A stretch of 63,906 nt of DNA, counting the filler, from Aduncisulcus paluster (Eukaryota), in NCBI GenBank assembly GCA_024181965.1. It is 4 parts of 4 records of this genome, joined end to end, with 100 filler letters (N's around TTAATTAATTAA, not from the genome) between each part and the next. Parts side by side here need not be neighbours in the genome. Positions count along the whole stretch, not along the records: positions 21,513 to 42,185 come from BQXS01010795.1; positions 42,286 to 56,075 come from BQXS01010797.1; 2 more parts are not named here. One strand, written 5' to 3'. The first letter of the stretch is position 1; the number at the start of each line of letters is the position of its first letter. The notes beneath the pieces are model-generated. The model ran no database searches. It was not told the origin of the DNA and was given only the letters and a program-made list of their open reading frames with translations. Below are positions 37,509 through 46,911 of the stretch, in pieces. Both the position numbers and the translations under genes were made by a program.

Positions 37509-37775
37509 ATGGAAGAAACTATTCGTGAGGAATGCAAGGAACGAACTCATTTGCTCATGCTGGTAAAAAGAATGCAACGAGGTGCTATGATGCAACAACA
37601 AAAAGAACAACTTTCTCAACAACCAAAAGAATCAGTGCATAGTTCATCTGCCTCAACATCTTCTTCAAGTTCTTCAAGTTCTTCCTCTTCGGCATATTAT
37701 CGTATGAAACAAAGAGGAAGGGGAAGGATATCAAAGAGAACATATTCTGAACATACTTTATGTTCACATAAATAA
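37509..37775 (+). other. Possible small ORF or degenerate gene fragment (88 aa, Q/S-rich)
   Basis: Coding-like composition starting 43 nt after the helicase stop; no recognisable domain. Confidence 0.25.
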
Positions 37776-37931
37776 GGAACAACTGATTTATTCAGAGGTC
37801 CTTATAAATAAATAATAATAAATAAATAAATAAATAGGATCTATTCAAGCCGATGGCATGGCAATATCCAAAACCACACCGTTTCATGTCCGACTCCTCA
37901 TCGACAATTTGAAGATATCTCGGCATATTGT

Positions 37932-40900
37932 TCATCCTTCAACGCCTCCAACTACCACTCCGAAAACAGTTTCAAGTGATGCGCTTTCGAGCGTCCATTC
38001 CACGATCACTCCCTCTCTTTCAAGACTACGAAGGCATCGAAGAAGGATTCCACGCTTACCTTTAAGGGGAATTGTGTAGCTAATAATGCCTCCGCTATCA
38101 GTCAATTTGTCAAGATTCCCAAGATGTGACTGCAGACAACTCTCAACTCGGAGCTTATTATCATGGAAAGCCTTATAATATTCTTTTTTAAGATCTTCAA
38201 TCCGCACGGAAGAGAGATCACTGGCAAGAAATCCATCGCCAAGAACATCATCGGGGAATTGAATTGCCTTGTTATGAGAAGCCGTTGTGCTAGAAACATC
38301 CTTGAGAGATGGTTTGTCTTCCTTTTCTTCCCCGCAGCACCTAATGATTTCTGAAGGATCATACTTGGATAAAGTTACTCGTAAAACAGCATTGTGCTCA
38401 AACATACTCACCAAACGCACACTATCATCCAGACATACCAAGTTGCCCCGATTAATGATACAAATCCGGTCACAAAGAGCTTCAGCCTCCTGCATATCGT
38501 GGGTTGTGAGCAAGACAGCCCTTCCTTCTCTCAGAACAGGCAAGAGATCCCATACTTCGTGCTTAGTGTGTGGATCAAGACCTGAAGAGAACTCATCAAG
38601 AAGAATGAGTGAAGGACTTCCCACAAGAGAAATACCAATACTGACACGTCGCCTCATTCCTCCACTCAGAGCTGACACACGACGGTGAGTGGCATGTGCC
38701 AGACCAACACGTTTGACTATATGCATAATGTAACGATGGATGAAGAGAGACTCGGAGCAGGATGAAGGGAGGATAGACATAAAGCTGAGAATCTTCGCAT
38801 TCTTGAGACGACCTGATTTGGTGAGAGAAAGTTCATCTCGTTGGCGAAGATCGTCTTCTTCTTTCAGAGCAATGTTATAAACATCATTAAAATTACAATA
38901 CAATTCTATATGCTCATAAACAGTCATGGAAGGCCACAAACGATCAAACTGAAACACGATTCCCACCTTGGTTGTAGCCTCTCTCCTTTCCTTCGAACTC
39001 CGTGTCACACACTTGCCCCCAATCCATACATGTCCGGATGAAGGGCGTAATTGTCCACAAATCATACTGATGGTTGTACTCTTTCCAGCACCATTGGCAC
39101 CAAGAAGTCCAAACACTTCATTATTGGGAACAACGAATGAAACATCGTCAACGGCCTGGAAGTACGAAGAAATAATCTTATGATCAGAGTTGGATGCTGA
39201 GAGATTGGTGAATGATGTGAAACCACCAGTTACAGATTTTGATTCTCCGCTTGAGGAAGTGGATGAGATGGAACCAGAACCAGAAAGAGATATTAGAGAA
39301 CTTGGAGACAGAACCGATGGGATCGTGGACTGAAGTCTGGAGGCATCCTCTTCTTGCTCCTGTTGCATTCTCTCGAGTCTTTCCCGTTCTTCCCAACCGA
39401 CAGAATCTTCATCCTGATCATCTTTTTCCTTCACCTTCTTACGAATTTTAAAGATTTTGTTCAGATTCTTAACAACAAGAGCAGTTTCATTCACTTTGGC
39501 AAGCATGGCACGGCGTTTCTCTTCAATAACAGAATGACTCAATGAGTACAATAAAGAAGCTGTTGATGCATGATCTTCTTCCGGCACCGGTTGTTCGGCA
39601 GGAATCGGCTGTTTGGGAGGCAGAGTGCCATATAAACCAGAGTCAGAGTCAGTTTGATAAGACAATAGAGAGCGGTCCTCTCCGACGTTCTTTTTCTGAC
39701 TCTTCTTACTCTTTTCCATTTGTTTCATTCTTAATGCCTTCTCCTCTTCCTTTGAATCCTTTGTGAAACAGTCGGTAATGAAGAAGAGGGGATCTTTGGG
39801 AATCTCTCCCTCGTGAGGAATAACGAGGGATAAATATGTCCCAATGAGAAAGTATATCACCCCATAAACGAACATTTCGGTCAGAGTCCCGACATACATC
39901 CTGACATTATCATTCATGTTTGTCCAGGAGGTGAAAAGAGCAGACGTTGGAACACGAGTGGGACTGCCATCTTCATTTGAGCTGAATGGGGTCATAGGAG
40001 TCAGTGTCCCTATCCCCCGACAGAGAGAAAACACGGGGTACAGGAAATCCAGGAACCCGTAGTTGGACCCGGTCATGTCCAGCATCGCATATGTCATTGG
40101 CGTGAATAGGATGAGGATAACAATGATCATGACACCGATCTTACTCGTGGAAAAGAAAGAGGTGAGGAAAAGGGAGTAGGAAGAAGAGATAAAACTCCAT
40201 CCAATGGCAAGAAAAAGGAATGCGAAAAAGGAATTGTTCATTGCAACGGGATTAACCGTGACGGCCATGGTAAGGTAGGTCACAATGGATACAATAAAAC
40301 AAGAAATAAAGAAAGTGACCCACCAGGACAGGAAGAATGACCATTGCTTTAGACCATATAGCTCCAGATTACCCTTGAGCTTGTTTTCTCTCTCTCCAAG
40401 GAAAACTTCTGCATTCATCATCATAATAAATGCGAAACAAATAAACAGGAAAGGATAACCAAACTCGGGAACACCAAAGTCAAGATAATAAGATAATTCT
40501 TGAATACGGGCAGATTTAAGGGTATATTTATACAATTGAACTTCTTGGGCCTTTAACCTATAATATAACACATTGAACATGTTTTGAATTAGCCCAACAA
40601 TAGAAAACATTGAAAACTCTGGGGTTGGAATACCTTCATTAATAAAGATACTAGAAGAAGCATGGTTAGTGAAATTAAAATATGTATGCTCTGCAACATC
40701 AACAGGATCCCAAGTACTTGAGGGGTGGTTACTATCTCGCTGAAAAATGGGAGCATTTGTGTAATTTAATGACATGATAGTTGTGGGAACATAATCCGCA
40801 TAACGGAGGTACATGTCAAGTGGATTTATACCATTAAGCTCAATTAATTCCTGGGAAATCCAATCGTCAATGGGATAAAACCCTTCTGGATCACATATGT

Positions 40901-41492
40901 TCTCTTCCAAGTCTTGGTCATAGTAACAACTTGGAGGGAAATCAGAAGGATCCATAATTGACTTAAAAGGTGTATATACGGTTTCATTTGTGTATCTTTG
41001 TGTGTTTAACTTCATATCAGACATTGATAACAAACCATCCCCATATTTGTCCGAATTTTGATATCCAAACGGGGTAGGTATTTCATCAAGATATGATTCA
41101 TAGCTAGAAGTTCGAGATTGATGGGAAATATCATTACTAATTGGACATAAAGTCGTGCTTTCAGTAATAATACATCCAGATGAACTACCTTGGTATGGAT
41201 GGTTTAAATTACCCATTTTAGTCCATTCATCAAGTTGGGTTTGGTTGTTATATTGCAAATATAACCATAAATACTTCTTACTATCCCAGCCCCCAATTGT
41301 GGTATGGTTGGGGGAAATAATAATTTTTCCACTTTCTTGGGTTTTAATGATCAAAATAATCAAGAAATACAAAAGTAAAATGAAACATAATAGAACAATG
41401 GGAAGAGCAATTTGACATATCGCCAATCCCTTCGCTCTAATTGTCAATTTATAGTTTTTTTCAAGTAATATAACAAATTGTGATTGGGCCAT
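37932..41492 (-). CDS. Half-size ABCA-family transporter (TMD with large exoplasmic loop plus one NBD)
   Basis: N-terminal LLEKNYKLTIR then TM1, ERENKLK...GL loop, Walker A GANGAGKS, signature LSGGMRRR, LLDE..SGLDP, LTTH and C-terminal SLETVF. Confidence 0.93.
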   Translation of the reverse strand: MAQSQFVILLEKNYKLTIRAKGLAICQIALPIVLLCFILLLYFLIILIIKTQESGKIIISPNHTTIGGWDSKKYLWLYLQYNNQTQLDEWTKMGNLNHPYQGSSSGCIITESTTLCPISNDISHQSRTSSYESYLDEIPTPFGYQNSDKYGDGLLSMSDMKLNTQRYTNETVYTPFKSIMDPSDFPPSCYYDQDLEENICDPEGFYPIDDWISQELIELNGINPLDMYLRYADYVPTTIMSLNYTNAPIFQRDSNHPSSTWDPVDVAEHTYFNFTNHASSSIFINEGIPTPEFSMFSIVGLIQNMFNVLYYRLKAQEVQLYKYTLKSARIQELSYYLDFGVPEFGYPFLFICFAFIMMMNAEVFLGERENKLKGNLELYGLKQWSFFLSWWVTFFISCFIVSIVTYLTMAVTVNPVAMNNSFFAFLFLAIGWSFISSSYSLFLTSFFSTSKIGVMIIVILILFTPMTYAMLDMTGSNYGFLDFLYPVFSLCRGIGTLTPMTPFSSNEDGSPTRVPTSALFTSWTNMNDNVRMYVGTLTEMFVYGVIYFLIGTYLSLVIPHEGEIPKDPLFFITDCFTKDSKEEEKALRMKQMEKSKKSQKKNVGEDRSLLSYQTDSDSGLYGTLPPKQPIPAEQPVPEEDHASTASLLYSLSHSVIEEKRRAMLAKVNETALVVKNLNKIFKIRKKVKEKDDQDEDSVGWEERERLERMQQEQEEDASRLQSTIPSVLSPSSLISLSGSGSISSTSSSGESKSVTGGFTSFTNLSASNSDHKIISSYFQAVDDVSFVVPNNEVFGLLGANGAGKSTTISMICGQLRPSSGHVWIGGKCVTRSSKERREATTKVGIVFQFDRLWPSMTVYEHIELYCNFNDVYNIALKEEDDLRQRDELSLTKSGRLKNAKILSFMSILPSSCSESLFIHRYIMHIVKRVGLAHATHRRVSALSGGMRRRVSIGISLVGSPSLILLDEFSSGLDPHTKHEVWDLLPVLREGRAVLLTTHDMQEAEALCDRICIINRGNLVCLDDSVRLVSMFEHNAVLRVTLSKYDPSEIIRCCGEEKEDKPSLKDVSSTTASHNKAIQFPDDVLGDGFLASDLSSVRIEDLKKEYYKAFHDNKLRVESCLQSHLGNLDKLTDSGGIISYTIPLKGKRGILLRCLRSLEREGVIVEWTLESASLETVFGVVVGGVEG

Positions 41493-42185
41493 TTGGAATT
41501 ATGCAAATAATGAAAATATCTGTGAGAAAGGGTTGCCAAACTTGAGGCTCCACTACGAAATTTTTTGGGGTGTCTGGAAGCCGTATTTTTTCTCTTCTCG
41601 TTAGTTTCCACCAAAAGGTATTTATGAAGCCAAAAATACATCTTCCAGAAACCAAATCCTATTTTGCCTCTGGAGGAATAAAATTGGTCATCCAAAATCG
41701 ATTCAGGAAGAAAGCATATATATTTATTTTTGTATTGTCAAAAACAGGAGATAATCTTAATTTACATATGAAAAACCATCAAAATAAGATAAAAAACATA
41801 ATACTGTATAGTATTTTCGCAAGTAGCGAAGAGAAATCTTATATATATGACTGGAAGCAGAAGAAGGAATACAAAAAAGGAACGCTTGGGAAGACTGAGC
41901 AATCGAAAAGATAAAACACAACAGGAAGAAATCAATCATCCTCCAAATATTGCAAATTGATTATAAGGCATGCTCCAAACAACAGAAACACCTCTGATAT
42001 ACCATTATGTGATAAACCCAGTGAGATACCAGTGATATCTTTGTCATGAAATGGCAATAAATTTGTTAACGCCATCCTCAAATCCAGAAATGTCATATAT
42101 TACCAAGAACAATCACAAAAACTAAAACCATCAAAAAAACGGTGGTACAAAAGAATCATAGAATTCATCATTCATATACTGATTA

Positions 42186-42285
42186 NNNNNNNNNNNNNNN
42201 NNNNNNNNNNNNNNNNNNNNNNNNNNNNNTTAATTAATTAANNNNNNNNNNNNNNNNNNNNNNNNNNNNNNNNNNNNNNNNNNNN
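42186..42285. other. Artificial scaffold linker
   Basis: N44-TTAATTAATTAA-N44. Confidence 0.98.
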
Positions 42286-42675
42286 AGTCACAGGAATAGA
42301 ATTGTATCTATTATCCTCTCCTCCAAACCTGAGAGGAACAATATGATGCCAAGTATAAGATGAAAAGTTTTCATCCTCCATTCCAGTCAAATGTCGCCAG
42401 AAATGAATGGTAGATTTAGGGGTTTGACTAAAACACCGAACAGAGTATTCAACATAGGTATAAGATTTAGTTTCGCCAACAACGACGGAACCTACGTTAG
42501 GTTGTAAAAGAAATTGAATCCAAATCATCGTCTTAACGGAACTATTCTTGATGTAGGAGCGAACGTAATCCGAAATAGGGGATGAGTGTTTTTGAAGGAT
42601 ATCAGAAAGAGCATTGATGTATTCGTTAAAATCTGAGACACATAATCTCATTGACTTGTGTTCTTTTTCAGGCAT
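42286..42675 (-). CDS. 3'-truncated protein with an HNH-endonuclease motif
   Basis: YTWHHIVPLRFGGEDNRYNSIPVT matches HHIxPLxxGGxxxxxN. The frame runs into the scaffold end before the final His. Confidence 0.65.
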
Positions 42676-43005
42676 TTAAAAGGAATCAACGTGAGATAAT
42701 AAATCGAGGTATAATTGAGAATAAATCGTAAATTGACAAATTAAAACCTTGACAATTCAAAGGAAAATCAAATGACTGGTTTTTATACAGACTCAATGGG
42801 AGCAAACTTCAGGGTTTCTTTCACTCAAACCTAGAGCTCCAAATAAAGCTGTTCTAATTATTTGAGAAGGTGTCTCTTAACTTTCTTTGATTTTACTAAT
42901 AATTATTTAGCAGGAAATACAAATTATATTGAGTCTTAAAATCGAATGTGAAAATTTCCAATTTGGAAAGGTAAACACAAATATATTCAAATATTTTGAT
43001 AAAAT

Positions 43006-44361
43006 ATGGATCAAAAGCGTAGGTTAGAAATGCTTAAACTTGCCGAAGAGGAGGAACGGATGGCAAGAATTAACAAAGCAAAAGTATCCGAAAGATGGAG
43101 GTCTGTGCTGCGAGAAGTTAAGAAAGAAGACCTTGTTGAAGAGTTAGAGCTATTATCTCAATCGTATGAACGTCAACTTGATACAAAAGATGGTGTTATC
43201 CGTTTATTGAATTCATATTTGGAATTGGCTGATGAGCAGCATAAAAGAGAAGTTCGTCAGCAGGTGTCCACACTTGATGAGATTGCATTACTTGGCAAAA
43301 GGCATTTATCTAAACTGCAGAGTGAGTTTGATTCATCGAGCGCGGCTCTGAAGGAAGAATATAAAAAAGAAATGGAAGAGATGGAACGCCGTCATTTGTA
43401 CCAGGTTAGGACGCAAGCTGCAATCATTCAAGCATTGAAAGCTGAGCAAAGTCGTAAAGAGAAGTCCCTAAAAGATGATCAAGAGGCTCAATTGTCTGCT
43501 CTTCACAGTAGTAGTCGTGAAACCATCAATATTATGCGTTTAACACTCAAAGCACGTCAAGATCAGCTCAAAGAACATTTCAAAGAATCGCATGCCGCTT
43601 ATGTTGCTGCCACAGAACAACGTTCACGGAACTACAAGGCTCTCCGTAATAACGACCAACGTAAGAGTGCAGACATCACCGAACAGGCCAAGAAACTTAA
43701 GAAATTGCAGGCTTCACTTGCCAAATGGCGAGCCAAGCTTTCATCGACAGAAGCCGAGTATGCAGGTCGAAATGCCACTCTTCGGGAGGAAAAAGCTGGT
43801 GTCACGAGACATTTCTCATCATTGAAGCGAATGATGGTCCATATGCGTGAAGAGGAACGCAAACGTCTTGCTCGTCTTGTGCTTAAGACCAAAGAGGTTG
43901 AGAAGAAACTTGAGAGTCAGAAATCCCAAGGTGAGCGTGTTCTTCGTCTTGCCCAACTGTGCATGAAGCTTGAGACTGATTACGAGCGCATCCGTCCCTT
44001 CGCAAGCCATATTGAGAGCATCGAACTCAAGGATGAGATAGATGCAGAACGTGAGGAAGAACTGAAGCATCGAAAGGAAGAAGAGGAGATGGAAGGCGAG
44101 AAAGCCGAGGTTGACAAAGAGATCAAAGAAGTTATTACGAGTGCTGAGGGTTTACGTCCATTCTACCGTCGTATGAATAGAGTTCTGATGGATAGATTGG
44201 CTCTGGAGAGACAACAGGCTGCTCTAAGAGAGGAGAATCGTCTATTGAGAGAAGCTTTGCAGGAGTTCTTGGATGGTCTGACCATTAATGATCACACATT
44301 CGACCAAGAGAATCCCATTATGGTCGTCGAAGGGTTTGATGTACGGGAACCTGGATTGTAA
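43006..44361 (+). CDS. CCDC65: Dynein regulatory complex subunit 2
   Basis: WRSVLREVK..L..ELE.LSQ.YER..D.KD.VI and F..R.N.V.......LREEN..LR..L..FLDG.TI.......NP motifs; coiled coil throughout. Confidence 0.9.
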   Translation: MDQKRRLEMLKLAEEEERMARINKAKVSERWRSVLREVKKEDLVEELELLSQSYERQLDTKDGVIRLLNSYLELADEQHKREVRQQVSTLDEIALLGKRHLSKLQSEFDSSSAALKEEYKKEMEEMERRHLYQVRTQAAIIQALKAEQSRKEKSLKDDQEAQLSALHSSSRETINIMRLTLKARQDQLKEHFKESHAAYVAATEQRSRNYKALRNNDQRKSADITEQAKKLKKLQASLAKWRAKLSSTEAEYAGRNATLREEKAGVTRHFSSLKRMMVHMREEERKRLARLVLKTKEVEKKLESQKSQGERVLRLAQLCMKLETDYERIRPFASHIESIELKDEIDAEREEELKHRKEEEEMEGEKAEVDKEIKEVITSAEGLRPFYRRMNRVLMDRLALERQQAALREENRLLREALQEFLDGLTINDHTFDQENPIMVVEGFDVREPGL

Positions 44362-44878
44362 GAATAGATTTTAGATATTAGATCATTTTAATAGGCATAA
44401 GAATCGTTATCATTTTATTAAAATATAGTAAAGTAAATATTATTATCTAATGATTATTATTGTCAACGTCTGCTTTTTGTGCATGATCCTCTTATGATCC
44501 CTCTAAACACGGGGGGATTGAGTTTCTGAATTGTCATGCATTATCCATTCAGATGATGAAATATCATGTTTCTGGTGTTTAATGAGTCAGAGATTGGCAT
44601 AGTTGATCGAAGATATCTCAATGGATATAGAAGGTCACGCTAGAAAAGATAGAATCCGACTTCTCACCAAAATAATCAAAACTTCAGAAACTATCGGTAT
44701 ATTAATTCAATAGTAAAATTTCTATTCAGATTGTGGCTAATTTAAGAAAGAAAACAAAAACAGGGATATCAACGCCTATCATGGAATCCTTGATATGCAC
44801 CGACAACATTTATAATTTAACGTCATATATTGTAACTTTATAATCATCATATGTTGTAACTTTACAATGCAATATGCG

Positions 44879-45103
44879 AACAAAACTCGGGAGTTAGGAA
44901 ACGATTTTGAGTCAGGAGTGGAATAGCAAGACTAGCTTCCAATATATGTTAGAAAGAAATCATCTGTATTTTTTAATCGATATATTCTGCAATGTCATTT
45001 TGCAATGTTATTATACAGACTTTTGAATTCTGAAACTTCATTTCTTCCCGTTGTAAAAGAAATATTGAAAATATTGTATGTCATAATTTTTCGTTTATTG
45101 AAT
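44879..45103 (+). promoter_or_regulatory. Conserved non-coding upstream element, copy 2; possible 5'-UTR intron 45076-45277
   Basis: Collinear similarity to 21061-21293; GTATGT at 45076 and CTCTTCAG at 45277 precede ATG 45295. Confidence 0.6.
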
Positions 45104-45294
45104 ATTAAATTCTTGTCAATCCATAATCACCCCATTTTATTCATTGGTTCTATCGCTGGCTGTTCTTGTCGTCATTTCCTCCTTGAAACTCACTAAATGT
45201 TCGATAATTGTGGTATTATTCTTTGTTAAAATATCATATTGTTTAATTTTAATTTATTTTATTCGTATTCTCTTCAGAGATAATCTCAAATATT

Positions 45295-46911
45295 ATGGAT
45301 CCGATAGTAGAGTCCCCAACGTTAATTCATGAAGGAAATGCATTTTGTTGTCCAATTCCCCGAGATTCTACCAATATTACGAATCCAATGTGTTCAACAA
45401 TCGAAGCAGTGAATACCACCAAGGAAGTTGGTGATAAAGACTATGATCAAACATATGACGCACAATGTATGATTAAAGGAGGGAATTCTTATGAAGAATA
45501 TACCTATATATCCCTTCCTTTCTCCTCTTCTTACATTAAAGGCGCTTACATCTGTATCGGAGGAGAATCGACTTCGCATCTCATCTTTTCCTTATCTTCT
45601 TCAACAGGAGAGAATATGTCAAAGAAGTTTGAATTTCCTGAATTAGAAACATGTCGTTGGTTCTTTCTGTCTTTTGATATCTCTGATGTCATTCTGTGTA
45701 AAATTACTGGGAAAGGAAGAGGAGAAGAGTTTTTTAGAATCGAATCTCTCTTTTTCATCAGTAGAGAAGAAACCTCTGAGGAAATCAAAGCCCGTGAAGC
45801 TAAAGAGAAACTATGGGCTGAAGCTCCAATTGTGAAACCAGAGTTTGTAAAGGAAGGAGACAACAATCGTTTATCTAGAGGAGAAAATAATATTCCCATT
45901 CCCCGTGACGATCCATATGTCAAAAAACCTTTAGTAGATTCGGTTTATTGTAAGGACGATTCGAATTGTAAGGAAAGTAATGGGTATAATAGGAGTTCAG
46001 ATGCACAAAAAATGTTAAAAGGGGAACATGACGTTGACTTGTCTTATCTTTCCATCCCTTTTCCAATGCCTTCTCAAACATCACCTAGTTCCATGAAAGG
46101 TGCTTATATCAGTGTGGATGAAGATTCCAGTTCACCCTGTCTTCTCTTCACTTTCACTGATTGTGATGGTAAGAAGACATCCAAAAAGTACGAATTCAGA
46201 AGACCTAAACATTGGTGTGAATGGCATTTTCTTCCCATTGATTTGTCGAATATTGTATTGTGTGAGATTGAAGGAAAAGGAATGTGGAAAGAGAAGAATA
46301 GTCGATCTTTTTGCATCTATTCTTTGGTTTTCCTCCAACAACGTATTGTATCTGGAAAAGTGCAGTATATTCATGACGGATATGCCTCAAGTATTCCAAT
46401 ACCTCGAGATGCTCCGACTTTTATCAATCCATTTTTTTCAGATATTACTGCAACAGCAAGATACAAAGGGCATGATGGAGATGACATTGTTAGTAATTGG
46501 GCAAAAAGTATGATGATGGGCGATGATCCATTTACAGAATTCTATTCTTGTATTTCCATTCCTTTCAAAGAAGAACCTCCCACTTCTATAAAAGGTGCAT
46601 ATATCTGTGTAGGGAATTTGTCTAGCTCCAATTTAACTCTTCTTTTCACATTCAATGCTTCAACTGAAAGTGAAATATCATATTTATATAAATTTGACAG
46701 GTTTATTGTTGATGCAATTGAGAGAAGAGAAAACAAATTTTGGTTTTATCTTACAATTAATCTCCCTGATGTGGTGTCGTGTATTGTTGAAGGTGGTGAG
46801 AGAAAAGGAGAGAATTTTAGAGTCATTTCCCTTGCTTTTTATCGAAAAGAAACCCCTGCTGAAGAGATTAGTAGAAAAGATAGAGAATTAGCTCAAAAAA
46901 AATGTGGGTAA
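45295..46911 (+). CDS. Lineage-specific repeat-domain protein, units 1-3 (~170 aa each); probably the 5' part of the next ORF
   Basis: Each unit carries PIPRD...SIPF...KGAYICV...LLFTF...W.FL.I.L..V..C.I.G...F.I.SL.F. The ORF ends at an A8 run overlapping the next ATG. Confidence 0.85.
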   Translation: MDPIVESPTLIHEGNAFCCPIPRDSTNITNPMCSTIEAVNTTKEVGDKDYDQTYDAQCMIKGGNSYEEYTYISLPFSSSYIKGAYICIGGESTSHLIFSLSSSTGENMSKKFEFPELETCRWFFLSFDISDVILCKITGKGRGEEFFRIESLFFISREETSEEIKAREAKEKLWAEAPIVKPEFVKEGDNNRLSRGENNIPIPRDDPYVKKPLVDSVYCKDDSNCKESNGYNRSSDAQKMLKGEHDVDLSYLSIPFPMPSQTSPSSMKGAYISVDEDSSSPCLLFTFTDCDGKKTSKKYEFRRPKHWCEWHFLPIDLSNIVLCEIEGKGMWKEKNSRSFCIYSLVFLQQRIVSGKVQYIHDGYASSIPIPRDAPTFINPFFSDITATARYKGHDGDDIVSNWAKSMMMGDDPFTEFYSCISIPFKEEPPTSIKGAYICVGNLSSSNLTLLFTFNASTESEISYLYKFDRFIVDAIERRENKFWFYLTINLPDVVSCIVEGGERKGENFRVISLAFYRKETPAEEISRKDRELAQKKCG

